DNA of 43,802 nucleotides from Salisapilia sapeloensis CBS 127946 (Eukaryota > Protista > Oomycota), in assembly GCA_023334545.1 (NCBI GenBank), contig JAADVB010000162.1:1-43802 (forward strand), given 5' to 3'. Position numbers and translations under genes: made by a program. This document shows, piece after piece, positions 31,354 to 42,925 of this stretch (its first letter is position 1; the number at the start of each line of letters is the position of its first letter). Under the pieces are notes generated by a model. It was not told where the DNA came from. It was given only the letters and a program-made list of their open reading frames with translations, and made no database searches.

Positions 31354-32792
31354 AGCTATCTATTGCAACAAGGTAGAGTCTTTGTGCATGCAGTGGCGGC
31401 ACGGAGCTAGTAGGAGCGGAGTGAAAAGGAGGGCTCGCCTTGTGACCAGATCGGCGTGCGAATAGAAGGCGAACTGGCCCCTCGATACACAGTTTCAAAT
31501 GTCGTGAAGTCGTGCTGTCGAACAACGATCGACCGTGCGATTGGACAAAAAGCAGGTCGCGGACGACAGCAAAAGTGCAGGTAGCACGAAGGTCGTCTGA
31601 ACGATCGTGCGGTAGAATAACCCATCGGCGCAGGTCGTCGCTATCATGGCGCTCGAGCAAGGACAGTCGAGAGGTGGATGGAAGTGAGGTTAAACGTCTG
31701 AATATTAAGTTGAAGAACATTTGATCGGGTTTGAAGAAATTGCGAAGCTACACTGACCGTCGTCGAATGTCAGCGTGGCTTCCGATTTCTGGACACTTTT
31801 GCCAGGCACCGTCTGCTCCGAACGAGATATGATGGCATTTGGTAGTGGGATGCGGTGACGTAGAAAAAGCAGTTACGGAATTGAACCCGTCAAGGATGGA
31901 CATGCTACATTGCTCTCTACTTTCGCGCCTCTCTTGATAAAAGTGCTCAGTAGAAAAGGAATAAATATCGCTTCGAGGTTGCCAAAGGTCTTCATTACGA
32001 CCGCGACACTTGAGTTGCAGCGTCACGATGATACATTTCTGACTTGTCTACGTTACGCGCTGATCTCGATCGTGCTTGCTGCCGGGATACCCTGATTCAA
32101 TTGGCATATTCACCTAGAGTGCTAAGTTTGGCATTCTGACAGAGTTCAAAAGACCTTTGCTACCGAAATTCGATCCTGTATTCAAGTCGCATCCAGGATG
32201 TGGAGAGGCGTTAACCCAGCATACTTTTCTGCTAATGACTTGTGTCGTGGGAAATTCTGACTATAACTTCAAAGCAAGATATGAAAACTACATTGCAAGC
32301 TATAGAAGTTTTTCTTTAAAATGTAAAAATTAGGGTGTAGGGGTTTGAGATTAAATTCAAAAGCAAATAAAATGTTGACGAAGTTCTAATTCTCCATCTA
32401 TATTTTTGTTTTAGTCCATTGTAGAAAAGTAGATTACGAAGTCAGCGAAAAATTCTATCTATAGCTTAGATTATGCTTGATTAGACCTAAAAAGTTATGT
32501 CGATCCGTGGCGACATAGCTCGACACAATGACGGCATATAGGAAGCTTAGATCGACACAATGGAGACTCATCTCAACATAATGTCAATTTATCTCAACAT
32601 AGTGGCGACATAACTCGTCATAAGCAGAGTGAATGTCAGCTTATGTCGGGTTAATGCCAGCCCCAGGACATGATTATGCTGCTAGGATCATCCGATCATC
32701 TAAATGTTGGTCATGCCATCATTCCAGGCAATCCTATGTCGATATGGCTCTTGTCTTGCAGGCTTCTGCATTTGATGCGTATCGCCAATACA

Positions 32793-32807
32793 TCATTTGT
32801 AAATTTT
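32793..32807 (+). promoter_or_regulatory. Oomycete INR+FPR core promoter
   Basis: TCATTTG-TAA-ATTTT matches the consensus and ends 40 nt upstream of ATG 32847, which argues against the track's start at 32670. Confidence 0.65.
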
Positions 32808-32846
32808 AAGACTTCGAATCAACCAACTTCGACCCCATTCGCAACG

Positions 32847-33833
32847 ATGTCATCCATACCCTGCCAAGTTCCCATCAAGTGGACCAACGACCGAATGCCA
32901 TCTCTCAAGGGCAAAGTAGCCATCGTCACCGGCGCCAACTCTGGCGTGGGTTTCAGCCAAGCGAAACATCTAGCTTTGAAAGGAGCGCATGTCGTCTGTG
33001 CTTGTCGGAACGAGCAGAGAGGGCACAAGGCTGTGAAAGAAATCCAGCTGGAGCTGAACAAAGATGCTAAAGACTCTGGATCGGTTCAATTCATGCAACT
33101 CGACCTGGCAGACTTGGATAGCGTAAAAAGCTTTGCCGATCAATGTCATCAATCGCTTGACAAGCTAGACATATTGCTGAACAATGCAGGTGTCATGTGG
33201 GTCCCGTACTGTCTATCCCCACAGGGCTATGAAAGTCATTTCGCTATCAACCATCTTGGACACTTCGCCCTCACAGCTCACCTGTTCTCTCTCCTACGTA
33301 ACAGCACCGACGCACGGGTCGTGAACGTGTCGAGCATGGGATATAGTGCCAATGGGCCATTAGATATGGACAAATTGTTCGTATCGGAAGATGAGTACGA
33401 CTCGGAACTCGCGTACGGACAGTCCAAATTGTGCAACCTGCTCTTTGCATTTGAACTCGACCGACGTTGCAAAGAAGCAGGTATCCGTAACGTCAAAGCC
33501 GTGGCTACCCATCCTGGGATTACTGTCACGAATTTGATAGCGGACAATCGACCAGAGAACCCGTGGCATTTGCGCTTGCTCAGAAACGTAGTTAGCTTTG
33601 TCACCAAATACGTTGTCGGAATGGATGCTGAACAAGGATCTACTTCCCAGCTATATGCTGCTGCAGGTGACGAGATCGACGGTGGAGAGTACATCAGCTT
33701 TGACAAGCTTGGCGGCGTGCGTGGATACCCTACCAAGGGCGACGTAAAAAGCTTTGCTCGATCTGAAATCGACATGAAAAAGCTGTGGAAACGTAGTGAA
33801 GAGTGCGCGAGTCTGTCGTTTGAGATCAAGTAG
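32847..33833 (+). CDS. Short-chain dehydrogenase/reductase (retinol dehydrogenase/WWOX-like)
   Basis: TGANSGVG cofactor motif, LDLADL, NNAG, FAINHLGHFALT, RVVNVSS, catalytic YGQSK. Confidence 0.93.
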   Translation: MSSIPCQVPIKWTNDRMPSLKGKVAIVTGANSGVGFSQAKHLALKGAHVVCACRNEQRGHKAVKEIQLELNKDAKDSGSVQFMQLDLADLDSVKSFADQCHQSLDKLDILLNNAGVMWVPYCLSPQGYESHFAINHLGHFALTAHLFSLLRNSTDARVVNVSSMGYSANGPLDMDKLFVSEDEYDSELAYGQSKLCNLLFAFELDRRCKEAGIRNVKAVATHPGITVTNLIADNRPENPWHLRLLRNVVSFVTKYVVGMDAEQGSTSQLYAAAGDEIDGGEYISFDKLGGVRGYPTKGDVKSFARSEIDMKKLWKRSEECASLSFEIK

Positions 33834-33896
33834 CTGCCCAACACTTTGCAATACCTATTAAACGATTCCACCATACACTGCCGAGTTATATTACCA

Positions 33897-36332
33897 TCAT
33901 GCTATCAAGTCTTTCATGAACACATCTGTCTTGATGCCACTCGTGTAGCCCTCATTGAAATTGTATCGCACACGAGGCTTCTTGTCCGCGCCTCCTTCCT
34001 TCTCCTCTTCCTTTTGGTCTTGCTCTTGTCGCTTCCGCTTCGCCTCTCGATGGGCAAAAGCGAAGGGATTTCTCTTCTTCATCGCTTCCAGCTCATCTTT
34101 CTCCGTCACCTCCGCCACCTTGGCCTTCGCCGTCTTCTTCACGTTCTTGTCGCCCTTGCCCTCTTCACTCGCCTCCGTCCGTCTCATCTGCTCCAGTTCC
34201 ACTTCTCGACTCACCATCTTCCGCAGCCCAGGAGGCAACATGGACCGTCGACTGAGTCCCTTAAACTCAACGAGTTCATGCACCGGTGGCTCCAACAAGT
34301 ACTCGTCCTTCCCATCCGGAGTGTACTTTTGCTGGAAACTGACACCCAGCGTCGCCATCACTTGCGTCAGTCTCTCCACCATCTTTCGCTCCTCCTTGCT
34401 CTGCAGCGAAGCATTTGCCTGCAAGATGGCAGGCGCCAAGATTGAAGTCACCCACGGAAGTACATCCGTCGCCAGCCTCTCTCTGCTCAACCGCACACAA
34501 CTGCCGATCGCTGCGCTTTCCTGAAGAGACTGGACGATCTGCAACGACTTATCAGCTTTCCGCTGAGATTCCAGCGCTGTGTACGGATACTCGAGCTTCC
34601 GTCGAGTCGTCGTGGCACAAGCATGCTCCACGGCCACGGCCGCAAAAGGCACGTACGCTGCCATGGCGAACTGCTGCTCTGCTCGGACATTGGCATCCCA
34701 GTTATCTGCGACGCCGAGCCAGTCCATGGCATGCTGGAGCTTGGCGAGCGTCGGATCGTTGAACACGAGTCGAGGCAGGTTTTGCTCCAACGTCTGCAGG
34801 AGAAGTGTCGAGTTGTTCAACGCCATGGCGGCGTCCTCCGCATTCACTTTCGCCTGTCGGGCAGGTTGGTAGAAGACGCAGGAGATGGTGTCGAGGACAC
34901 CTCTCGTTTGGTCCTTTGGCGCTAGAGAAGTACTTTTACCGACCTGGTGCGAATGTCGTTGGAATTGGAGAGCGTTGATACAGTAGCGAATGTCACTGCT
35001 ACTACCTCCAGCCAAGGAAGACAGACCACCGGCGGATACACTCAACTCTTCCTTCTTACAGATATACTTGAGTCGAGAGACTAGTCGTTGAGCGGACGGA
35101 GGTGCCAGCACGAACGTCTTTGCTATCTGTCGTAGAGGCCGGAGCACTGGAGCGTACTGGTCGTTGCAAATACAGATGAGAGGACGCGTGATAGGTCTAT
35201 TCTTTCCGCCCTTTTGGTGCAAAGGCGCGTTGATCATGGACGTCAGGACAGAGATGGCAGATCGACCTTCACCTCCGTTCATAGCACCGTCCAGTTCATC
35301 CAATATTACACAATTAGGTTTCTGAGACCCATAGATGGACTGCATTTCGGTCGCATTCTGGATCTTCGTCTGTAAGACGGAAGCTGTGCGGTCGTCACTG
35401 GCGTTCACTTCGATCGGATTGTACCCTGCGTGACGAGCGACGATGTGCGCCAGTGTCGTCTTGCCTGCTCCAGGTGGTCCGCATAGTAAGATGATTTTTT
35501 CTTTTGGACGTGGATCGTTGTCATCCACATCATCCTTCTTGGACATCTTGTCACGATGGAAGACTAAGTGATCCCACGCCTTCATCCACGACAGCACCTC
35601 CCGATTCGTGCGTTCGTCACTAAGGAGATCCACAAAGCGACTGGCCCTGTACTTGTCCAACCACAGCGTCTCATCCATGCTTGGATTCACACTCTGTACG
35701 TCGTCTTCATCACGCACAGATCGTTCGATATTTCTCTATCTCATCCTACGTAAGCTTCGCCCGTCAATTTACAAAAAGCTGCTGTATATCACCTTTTCAA
35801 TGGCGTCTCGAAGCTGGGCAATGGGCGTCTTTAGGAGAGCATTCGGATCCAAGGCAAAGCCATTCGATCGATCCTTTGCATCGATTTTGGACTTTTTGCG
35901 AAGAAAAAAGCGTCTGCCTTGGGATAGATGGATTGTCTGGGACCCACTGTTGATTGGAGGGTGGCTGTGAACGTACTCTCTCGTCTCTTGAGCCTCTTTC
36001 GACGCTGCGTCAGAAGTCTCCGAGCGTTTCGTCTGGTCCAACAATGGATCTGTGTCTCGAATGCGTTTGAAAGTATCCTCATCCTCACCCAAAGCAGCGT
36101 TGCATCGGTCTAATACGTCGTCGAGTCTCTGCTGTGCCTTGGACATGGTAGCTTCGACGCCATCCAAACTCGCCTCCGTCTCCTCATTCGCTGGCTTTAT
36201 CTGCTTTTCGGCCGATTCCATCTCCATCAGAGCTTCGTTCGCAGCCTCCATCTCATTTGCATGCATCATTTCCCATTCGTCCATCTCATTCATCTCCTGC
36301 TCATACGCGTAGATATCGTCCATCGACGCCAT
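33897..36332 (-). CDS. CTF18: Chromosome transmission fidelity protein 18 (RFC-like clamp loader; exons 36332-35793, 35735-33897)
   Basis: LWLDKYR...DLLSDERTNREVLSWMKAWD, Walker A GPPGAGKT, EVNASDDR, DELDG, RPLICICND, C-terminal YNFNEGYTSGIK. A 57-nt GT..AG intron (35792-35736) joins the two track ORFs in frame. Confidence 0.95.
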
Positions 36333-38561
36333 CTTGCTTTCCCGCTAAAAATCAAAAGCTGAAAGCCCGCGGGCGATTCCTATTGGAAAAAATAAAACAA
36401 GATGTAAATGGATTGGCTTAAAAGGGTCAAAATCATGAAACGTCGTTGAGTAGCCATCGAGGTACCACGGGCAGATACAGCTATCTTAAGGAGATCATGA
36501 GAGTTGATGACGTGATATGATTTCTTCATGGGAATCGCAATTACTATTTAGCCTCTATATCCTGTCCCAGGGACTCTTCAATGTTGCCTGTGACAGTTTT
36601 ACGTGTCTGTCACTATGCACTATCAGCAAGCTGGATCTCGCCAACAATGCTCGCGTGTAGTCTTGCTTTATAAAATCTTGATCGTTGCCATGGCTTGAGC
36701 GTGCTTTGTCGTGTCTAACGAAAATTTGCAGTTTCTTGTGTTTGTTTTCTAGCTTCTCGATCTTCAATTGGGCATACATCTGCGAACACCATATCGAAGG
36801 TCAAAAGAGAGGGCAATTAAAACAAAGGTGTCAAAGTATCAGCAATAAAAAAGTCGTGAGAGGCACAATGAAGGCGCGTATGAGATTATAATAGTACCAT
36901 TGTGGATTTATAGCACAATTGAGAATGCTTGATACTGATGTACATCTTCCAGCGCCGTTTCATCACCACGACCTGCGTGCCTTTATACAGCTAGCTTACC
37001 ATCCTCGTACCAATTATTTATTAGGCACGTTTGGACTTTAAACGACTGCACGACTACTTTGAATGCCACATCGTGCAGCAAAAAATCAACAACACAACCT
37101 ATCGGTATCGCATCGCAAGGTCGTTTAACATGTCCACATGACAACTCGTCTATTTGGGTTGTCATAACGTTTTTTATCCTGATGATAAGCTAGAATGTCT
37201 TTTGCCCACTCCGCTGCCAACTCGTTTATCATCGAGACACGGCAGATAGGCAGGTGTATGGTTTCAAGATTGCCCTTCTTTCACTCATATGTACTGATGA
37301 ACCCGTCGAATCTGATCAATTCGGTAGATCTCAATATGATTATGTATACCAGGGTAGCCAAATGCACAAGGTTTCCAGACATATTAAAGTCTTCAGGATT
37401 CAGTTTATATCTTCCAAACTTCATAAACTGATTGAAGATTCGACGCTCCTTTAAATTAATGAAGCATCCCAGGTATATATTGTATTTACGTCACCACCCG
37501 GGCCACTACTAAACCCCGATTGTCGGGAGGGTCTACAGGGAGCCCAAAGAGTAACTAATTTATAGATACTTTTTGACACAAAAAGGAAATATATTGTATT
37601 TGTACGCCTTTTGCAAAGTATTCTAGTACTCGTCACGTCTTCTAGCTTATAAAGGACCTACTTTTGACAGTCAGAATCGCTCATGGTGATCAAGAATCAT
37701 ATTAGAAAATTCTAGACTATTTTACCATGAGGAATTTTGTGTTGAGTTCGTATCAAGTTTCACGCTTGACCTAAACTAGGCGCTTCCTATAAGAGCCTAT
37801 ACAAAAGCACTGGCTGACCTGAAACTATCATATAAAGCAGGAATATGAAGGATGCAACGATCATATTTGACAGGTTCACCTGGCCTAGTGTTCGTATCTA
37901 ATCGAATTGTATTGACTGGCTGACGTGAAAACGACCAGGAAATACGATCGATCTCACTATCAAATCCACCGTGGACGACAACAAGGCTCTCAGATGATTT
38001 CACAAATTTTAGATGACGAGACTGAGGATGCATCGAGTGTTTGGCTTTCTGTGCGTTCTGCCCAGATAGCCGCTGGCATTCGATCTCCATAAGTGAAGAA
38101 TACTTCGAGGCATTTGTATGATGAGACCGACACCACTTTTCTAATGTAAAAGGTTTTCAAGGATGTTAGTATATATTTGCTACTCTTGAAAGCTTATTAA
38201 TGACGACATTGAATCACCAAGATCGCTGAGAAAACCTTTATGAAAAAAATTTAAAGAGCAATGACGAGTACTGTATAGGGACATCCGAAAGCGCCTTGCT
38301 ACGGCTTGGTTAGCATGAGGATATACACAGTGGAATCTCATTTTCTGAGCTCTAACTTGCATGTAACCAATATGTCAAATTCTCGCCGCTCATTACCCGT
38401 GGGCAGTGGAAGCCGAATTATTGGGAAAACATATCGCATTCGTAGCACTCGTCTTCTGTTTTAGGAAGGCACTTTGCTGCTTCTTGTAGCATCAAGTCGC
38501 TGCGATTGCGTACAAACAAACCAAATAAAAACTATTTATATCTCAATCTTTTTCTTGTGTT

Positions 38562-40030
38562 ATGAGCGAGAGCCTTCATTTTCCTCCCATCCATGGCAAT
38601 GCTGCCAAGAGAAGTTCGACGCTTAAGAAGCCTCGGCGTCGACCTGGTGGTCCTGTACCAAGCAACAATTCTGCACCATTAGGACATCCACTAGTATGTG
38701 CAAGTGAATCGCGAGTACGAGAAGAGTTGGTAGAAATGTTGACAGTGAAGGTTGCTACGCTGGAGAAAGAGAACGAACAATTGAGACTACAGCATGTAGA
38801 CTGTTCCCTTTCAAGTTTCCTTTGTCATGTATTTAACTATACTATGCAGTCGGCTTCTGTCAGTGCAAAGGAATCATTGGAGGCACAACTGCAGGAACTG
38901 CAAGAGAGCAATAGTGAGCAACGTAGTGAAACGGAGAAATTCAATGCGGCATTAGAGCACCAGCTCCGGCAGCTACAATTACAATGCGATCTGGTGCCAA
39001 TTTATCTCGTGGAAACCTTTAAATACACTCGCTGATGTCTTTTATAGTTGCAGCAGGAGAAAGAGAAGCACTATGCAGAAACTGTAGAGCAGTGTGGTCT
39101 TCGTCAGAAAGATCAAGCGCAGTTTCGAACTGCTGAAAGAGAATGGAAGGCTGTCCAACGAAGGTATGAACAAGAAATGGCACATTTCCTAGAGGAGAGA
39201 AAGGAGTATGAAAGAGAACTGGAGCAGAGCAGAAATCTAGAGAGAGCTCTCACAAATGACGTAGGCCACTTGCTTTTTAATGTCACCTCCATTCTATACA
39301 TTTACATCCAACCTATCTGTTTAGGTGGAAACCCTGAAAACGAACATGCAAGAGCTTCAAGGGCAATTGGCAACGAGTGCTGACGATTTAAAAACAACCG
39401 AAAAGGTATATGCATACCTTGATTTCAACCATACACATCAAGTGATAATGTCGCAATGCCTATAGAGCCGTCAAGACACTTGCGACCACGTCGATCAGCT
39501 TCAGAGAAAGATAAAGAAATTAGAGCAGGAGAAGACGAATCTGAATGATAAGCTACATTCGTCTAGTCGAGTATGTGCGTTGAAGGTCTATGTACAAGTA
39601 CTTGTTCTTACTTTGTCCGTGATAGATTCATAAGGAGTTTACGTCTTCACTTAGCGTTACTGGAGAGAAACTTAAAGAGGAGAGTGCGCAACGGGCTCAG
39701 CTTGAGACGGCAATCGAGGTCGTAAAGAAGGAGAATGCAGAGTTAAAAGCTCGTCGAAAGAAACTTGGAGCACAGCTTAAGGCTAGTCATTCCAAGACGG
39801 TGGAGTTAGAGAAGACGCTTCAGCAGTTGGAAGAACGAAAGAAAGTGGATGAAGAGCAGCTTAAAAGTAGTGAAAAGAGGTGCCGGGAACTAGAGTTTAG
39901 TGTAAAACAGTTAGGAGAGGAAGTAGTGTTTTTAAAGAAGAGCAAGACGACATCAGTGGGTGCTGTTCCAGCAATGCAAACAAACAAGCAGGAAGAAAAC
40001 GAAGCAGTGCCTTCTTGGATGCAAGATTAA
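38562..40030 (+). CDS. Multi-exon coiled-coil hypothetical protein
   Basis: ATG 38562 (MSESLHFPPIHG). E/K/Q/L-rich exon pieces are separated by short GT..AG introns (e.g. GTAGAC..TGCAG near 38797-38849). Ends VPSWMQD* at 40030. Confidence 0.65.
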
Positions 40031-40342
40031 TATGTTTGCCGTCTTATTTGTGCATAAGGAAGCATCTCAGAGATAATACCTTTGTAGGCGATTTGAGTCC
40101 TGTACAAACACTGCTAAAGTGAATGTTTACAGTAAGAATGAGCAGACATCTATTGCTTTTACATCTCTGTCTTTCTGCTTGACTATTCATGTTCCTCATA
40201 AGCTGCCAAACTGTTGGAAAATTAGCACGTATAAGACTCACTTTCATTGACGAGAGGCATTCCGCCTCACAGCAACCTGTACGAACGAATACCCCCACTA
40301 GTTTACCATGAACGAGTGCATCCGTAAATGCCAATCAATGTA

Positions 40343-41241
40343 TTATATTCTCTCTTTTCTACCTGCCTTCAGTACTTCCTCGATGGGATTCGGTTCGTCC
40401 CGAACGCGTTTCCGCCGGAGCTTTTGCATACCGTCGTACGACCCACCCGCTCGCTTCGACCGAGTCTGGTCGTTCAGTACGCCTCGGCAGATTTTGGTGT
40501 TTTCAAAGAAGTCTCGAATGCAGAACAGGCTTACGGTTTCTTCGTAGTCTACGAAAATGTCAGTCATTACTTTAATCCATTATAATTATACGCAGTACGT
40601 ACAGACAAAGTTGGCTTCTCTAAACTCTTTCTTCAATACAGTCTTTCTTAAGCGCGGCACTTCCTGTAAAGCTTTTTTCTTTGGATGCACCTGACACACC
40701 TCGCCAGTCATACGGCAGCATTTTTTGCACGTCGAATTCACGCAGTCTGCGCATCCATATCAATTAGTTAATAAATGACATAGTTATAAAGAAAAAAAGC
40801 TGTACCGGCCGATAGAGGTCGCTTACTTTCACACCGGGGGCACGTTCGCATTGTCACACGTACTATCTTGTACTCTTCCTCCTTAATACTCTTTTCATCA
40901 CTTTCCATAGACTGTACTGGTGCATCGACAGAAACCTTCGAGTCCATCACTTCATCGTTATTCTCACGTGTCACCTCGTCTGCACTAGAGCTATCGACGG
41001 ACGTTGTCGCTGTCCTGATGCCCTCATCTTTCACCTCGACCTGTTTCTTCTCTGCCTTACTTTCCCTTGGTTCTGGCACACCAACCGATGCAGCACTATC
41101 GACCGCTTTACTTTGGAGTGCTTTTACTTGCTTATCAAACTTTTGGAAGGCATTATCCGCCATCGTTTCGATCGGTCTCAATCGACTTTGGCGCCACTTG
41201 TGGCCGTCGTTGTATCTATCTTTTTCGCTAATTACGCGCAT
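40343..41241 (-). CDS. Multi-exon protein with a Cys7-His zinc-finger-like motif (3' end probably extends below 40343)
   Basis: Introns 40805-40747 (59 nt) and 40602-40549 (54 nt) join track ORFs 40768..41241 and 40343..40567, giving CPRCESKRPLSADCVNSTCKKCCRMTGEVCQVH...KKEFREANFVYYEETVSLFCIRDFF. Confidence 0.7.
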
Positions 41242-41339
41242 TTAACGTAAAGTTAGCGCCACACACGTGACACGAAGACAAAGAAGATTTAGCTCAAGAC
41301 CGACCTTCTCCGTGTATCTCCACTCGATATACGACATTC

Positions 41340-42925
41340 ATGGTCCATTTAAACGTAAAAACCACTGGAGGCAAGAAGTATGAAGTGGACGCCGAACTCG
41401 GCGGCTCCGTAGCCGACTGCAAGCAGGCGCTCGAACAGGTCACGAGCGTCCCCCCGACGCAGCAGCGATTAATCTACAAGGGAAAGGTCCTCAAGGATGA
41501 TCAGACACTGGAAAGCTATGGTATGGCTGCATTTTATCACTATTGTACATGGTCCACGCCTTCTTAAACAGTACGAACTCATACGTGTAATCTGCAGGTG
41601 TGGAAGCGGACGGAACGCTTTTCTTCGTCAAAGGAGCAGCTCCGCAGCGATCGCAGCCAACGCCACCGTCAGCTTCCTCCAGTACGCCTGCACCAGCAGC
41701 CGCCAATCCACCATCTACTGGTTCCTCCTTTGGTTTGCCTACTCCCCCTCCTAACGCCAATACGAATGCCAATCCGTTTGGTTCCATGTTCGGTAACTCG
41801 TCTGGTGGCGTACCTGACATGAACGCCATGCAGCAGCAGATGATGCAGAACCCAGAGATGATGCAGCAGATGATGAACAACCCGTTTGTCCAGTCCATGA
41901 TGAACGACCCGGAGACGATGCGTCGTATGATGCAGAGTAACCCTCAGATCCAGCAACTGACACAGCAGAATCCGCAGTTGAACCACATTTTGAACGACCC
42001 GGAGATGCTCCGACAGACCATGGAAGCGATGCGGAACCCCCAGGCGATGCGTGAGATGATGCGCAACCAGGACACAGCCCTACGTAACATTGAAAGCCAT
42101 CCAGAGGGCTTCAACGCCCTACGAAGAATGTACCACGACGTTCAGGAGCCTCTCATGGATGCCACTTCATCTGGACAGTCTGCGCCCGCCCCAGCCTTCA
42201 CGATGCCAGGCGTCACGGGAAACACTGGTACTAGCAACAGCTCTACCGAGACAAACACGAACACGAATGCGTCTGCTAATACGAATGCAAACCCTTGGGG
42301 TTCTACCTCTACCTCTACGAACAATGCGAATCCGTGGGGTGGAAGCGCGGGTGCCAATCCTTGGGGACAGGCTGCTGGAGGCATGCCGAACCAGGACATG
42401 ATGGCCAATCTCATGCAGTCGCCAATGTTCCAGCAGGCGATGGAGCAAGTGGCTCAGAACCCAGACGCTTTTCTAAGTCAAATGGAACGCATGAACCCTC
42501 AGATGGGCGAGATGATGCGACAGAACCCGCAGATGCGGGACGCCATGCGCAACCCAGACTTTCTTCGCGCAGCAACGAACCCGCAGAACATGCAGGCTAT
42601 GATGCAGATGCAGCAGGCCATGAGCCAGTTACAAGGCTCTGGACTGATCCCGGACATGGGCTCTATGGGTGGCATGGGTGCTATGGGAGGTATGGGAGGT
42701 ATGGGAGGTATGGGCGCAATGGGCAGCATGGGTAACCCATGGGGCAGTGCCGCTGCTGGAGCGTCGCAGCAAAGCACGCAGAATCCAGAGGAGCAGTATG
42801 CCTCTCAGCTTTCTCAAATGTCGGACATGGGCTTCACGGACCGCGAGCGTAACATTCGTGCGTTGCAGGCTACGCAGGGGAACGTAAATGCTGCGGTTGA
42901 CCGACTGTTGAGCGGCTCCATTTAA
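41340..42925 (+). CDS. DSK2: Ubiquilin/Dsk2 (UBL-STI1-UBA; exons 41340-41520, 41598-42925)
   Basis: UBL (QQRLIYKGKVLKDDQTLESYGV), Met/Gln/Asn-rich STI1 repeats (RNQDTALRNIESHPEGFNALRRMY), UBA (QLSQMSDMGF...NIRALQATQGNVNAAVDRLL). 77-nt GTATGG..TGCAG intron. Confidence 0.95.

Noticed and set aside
31175-32095. ORFs of 61-181 aa upstream of the kinase
   Set aside because: No recognisable motifs and they overlap each other on both strands; more likely UTR or promoter sequence.
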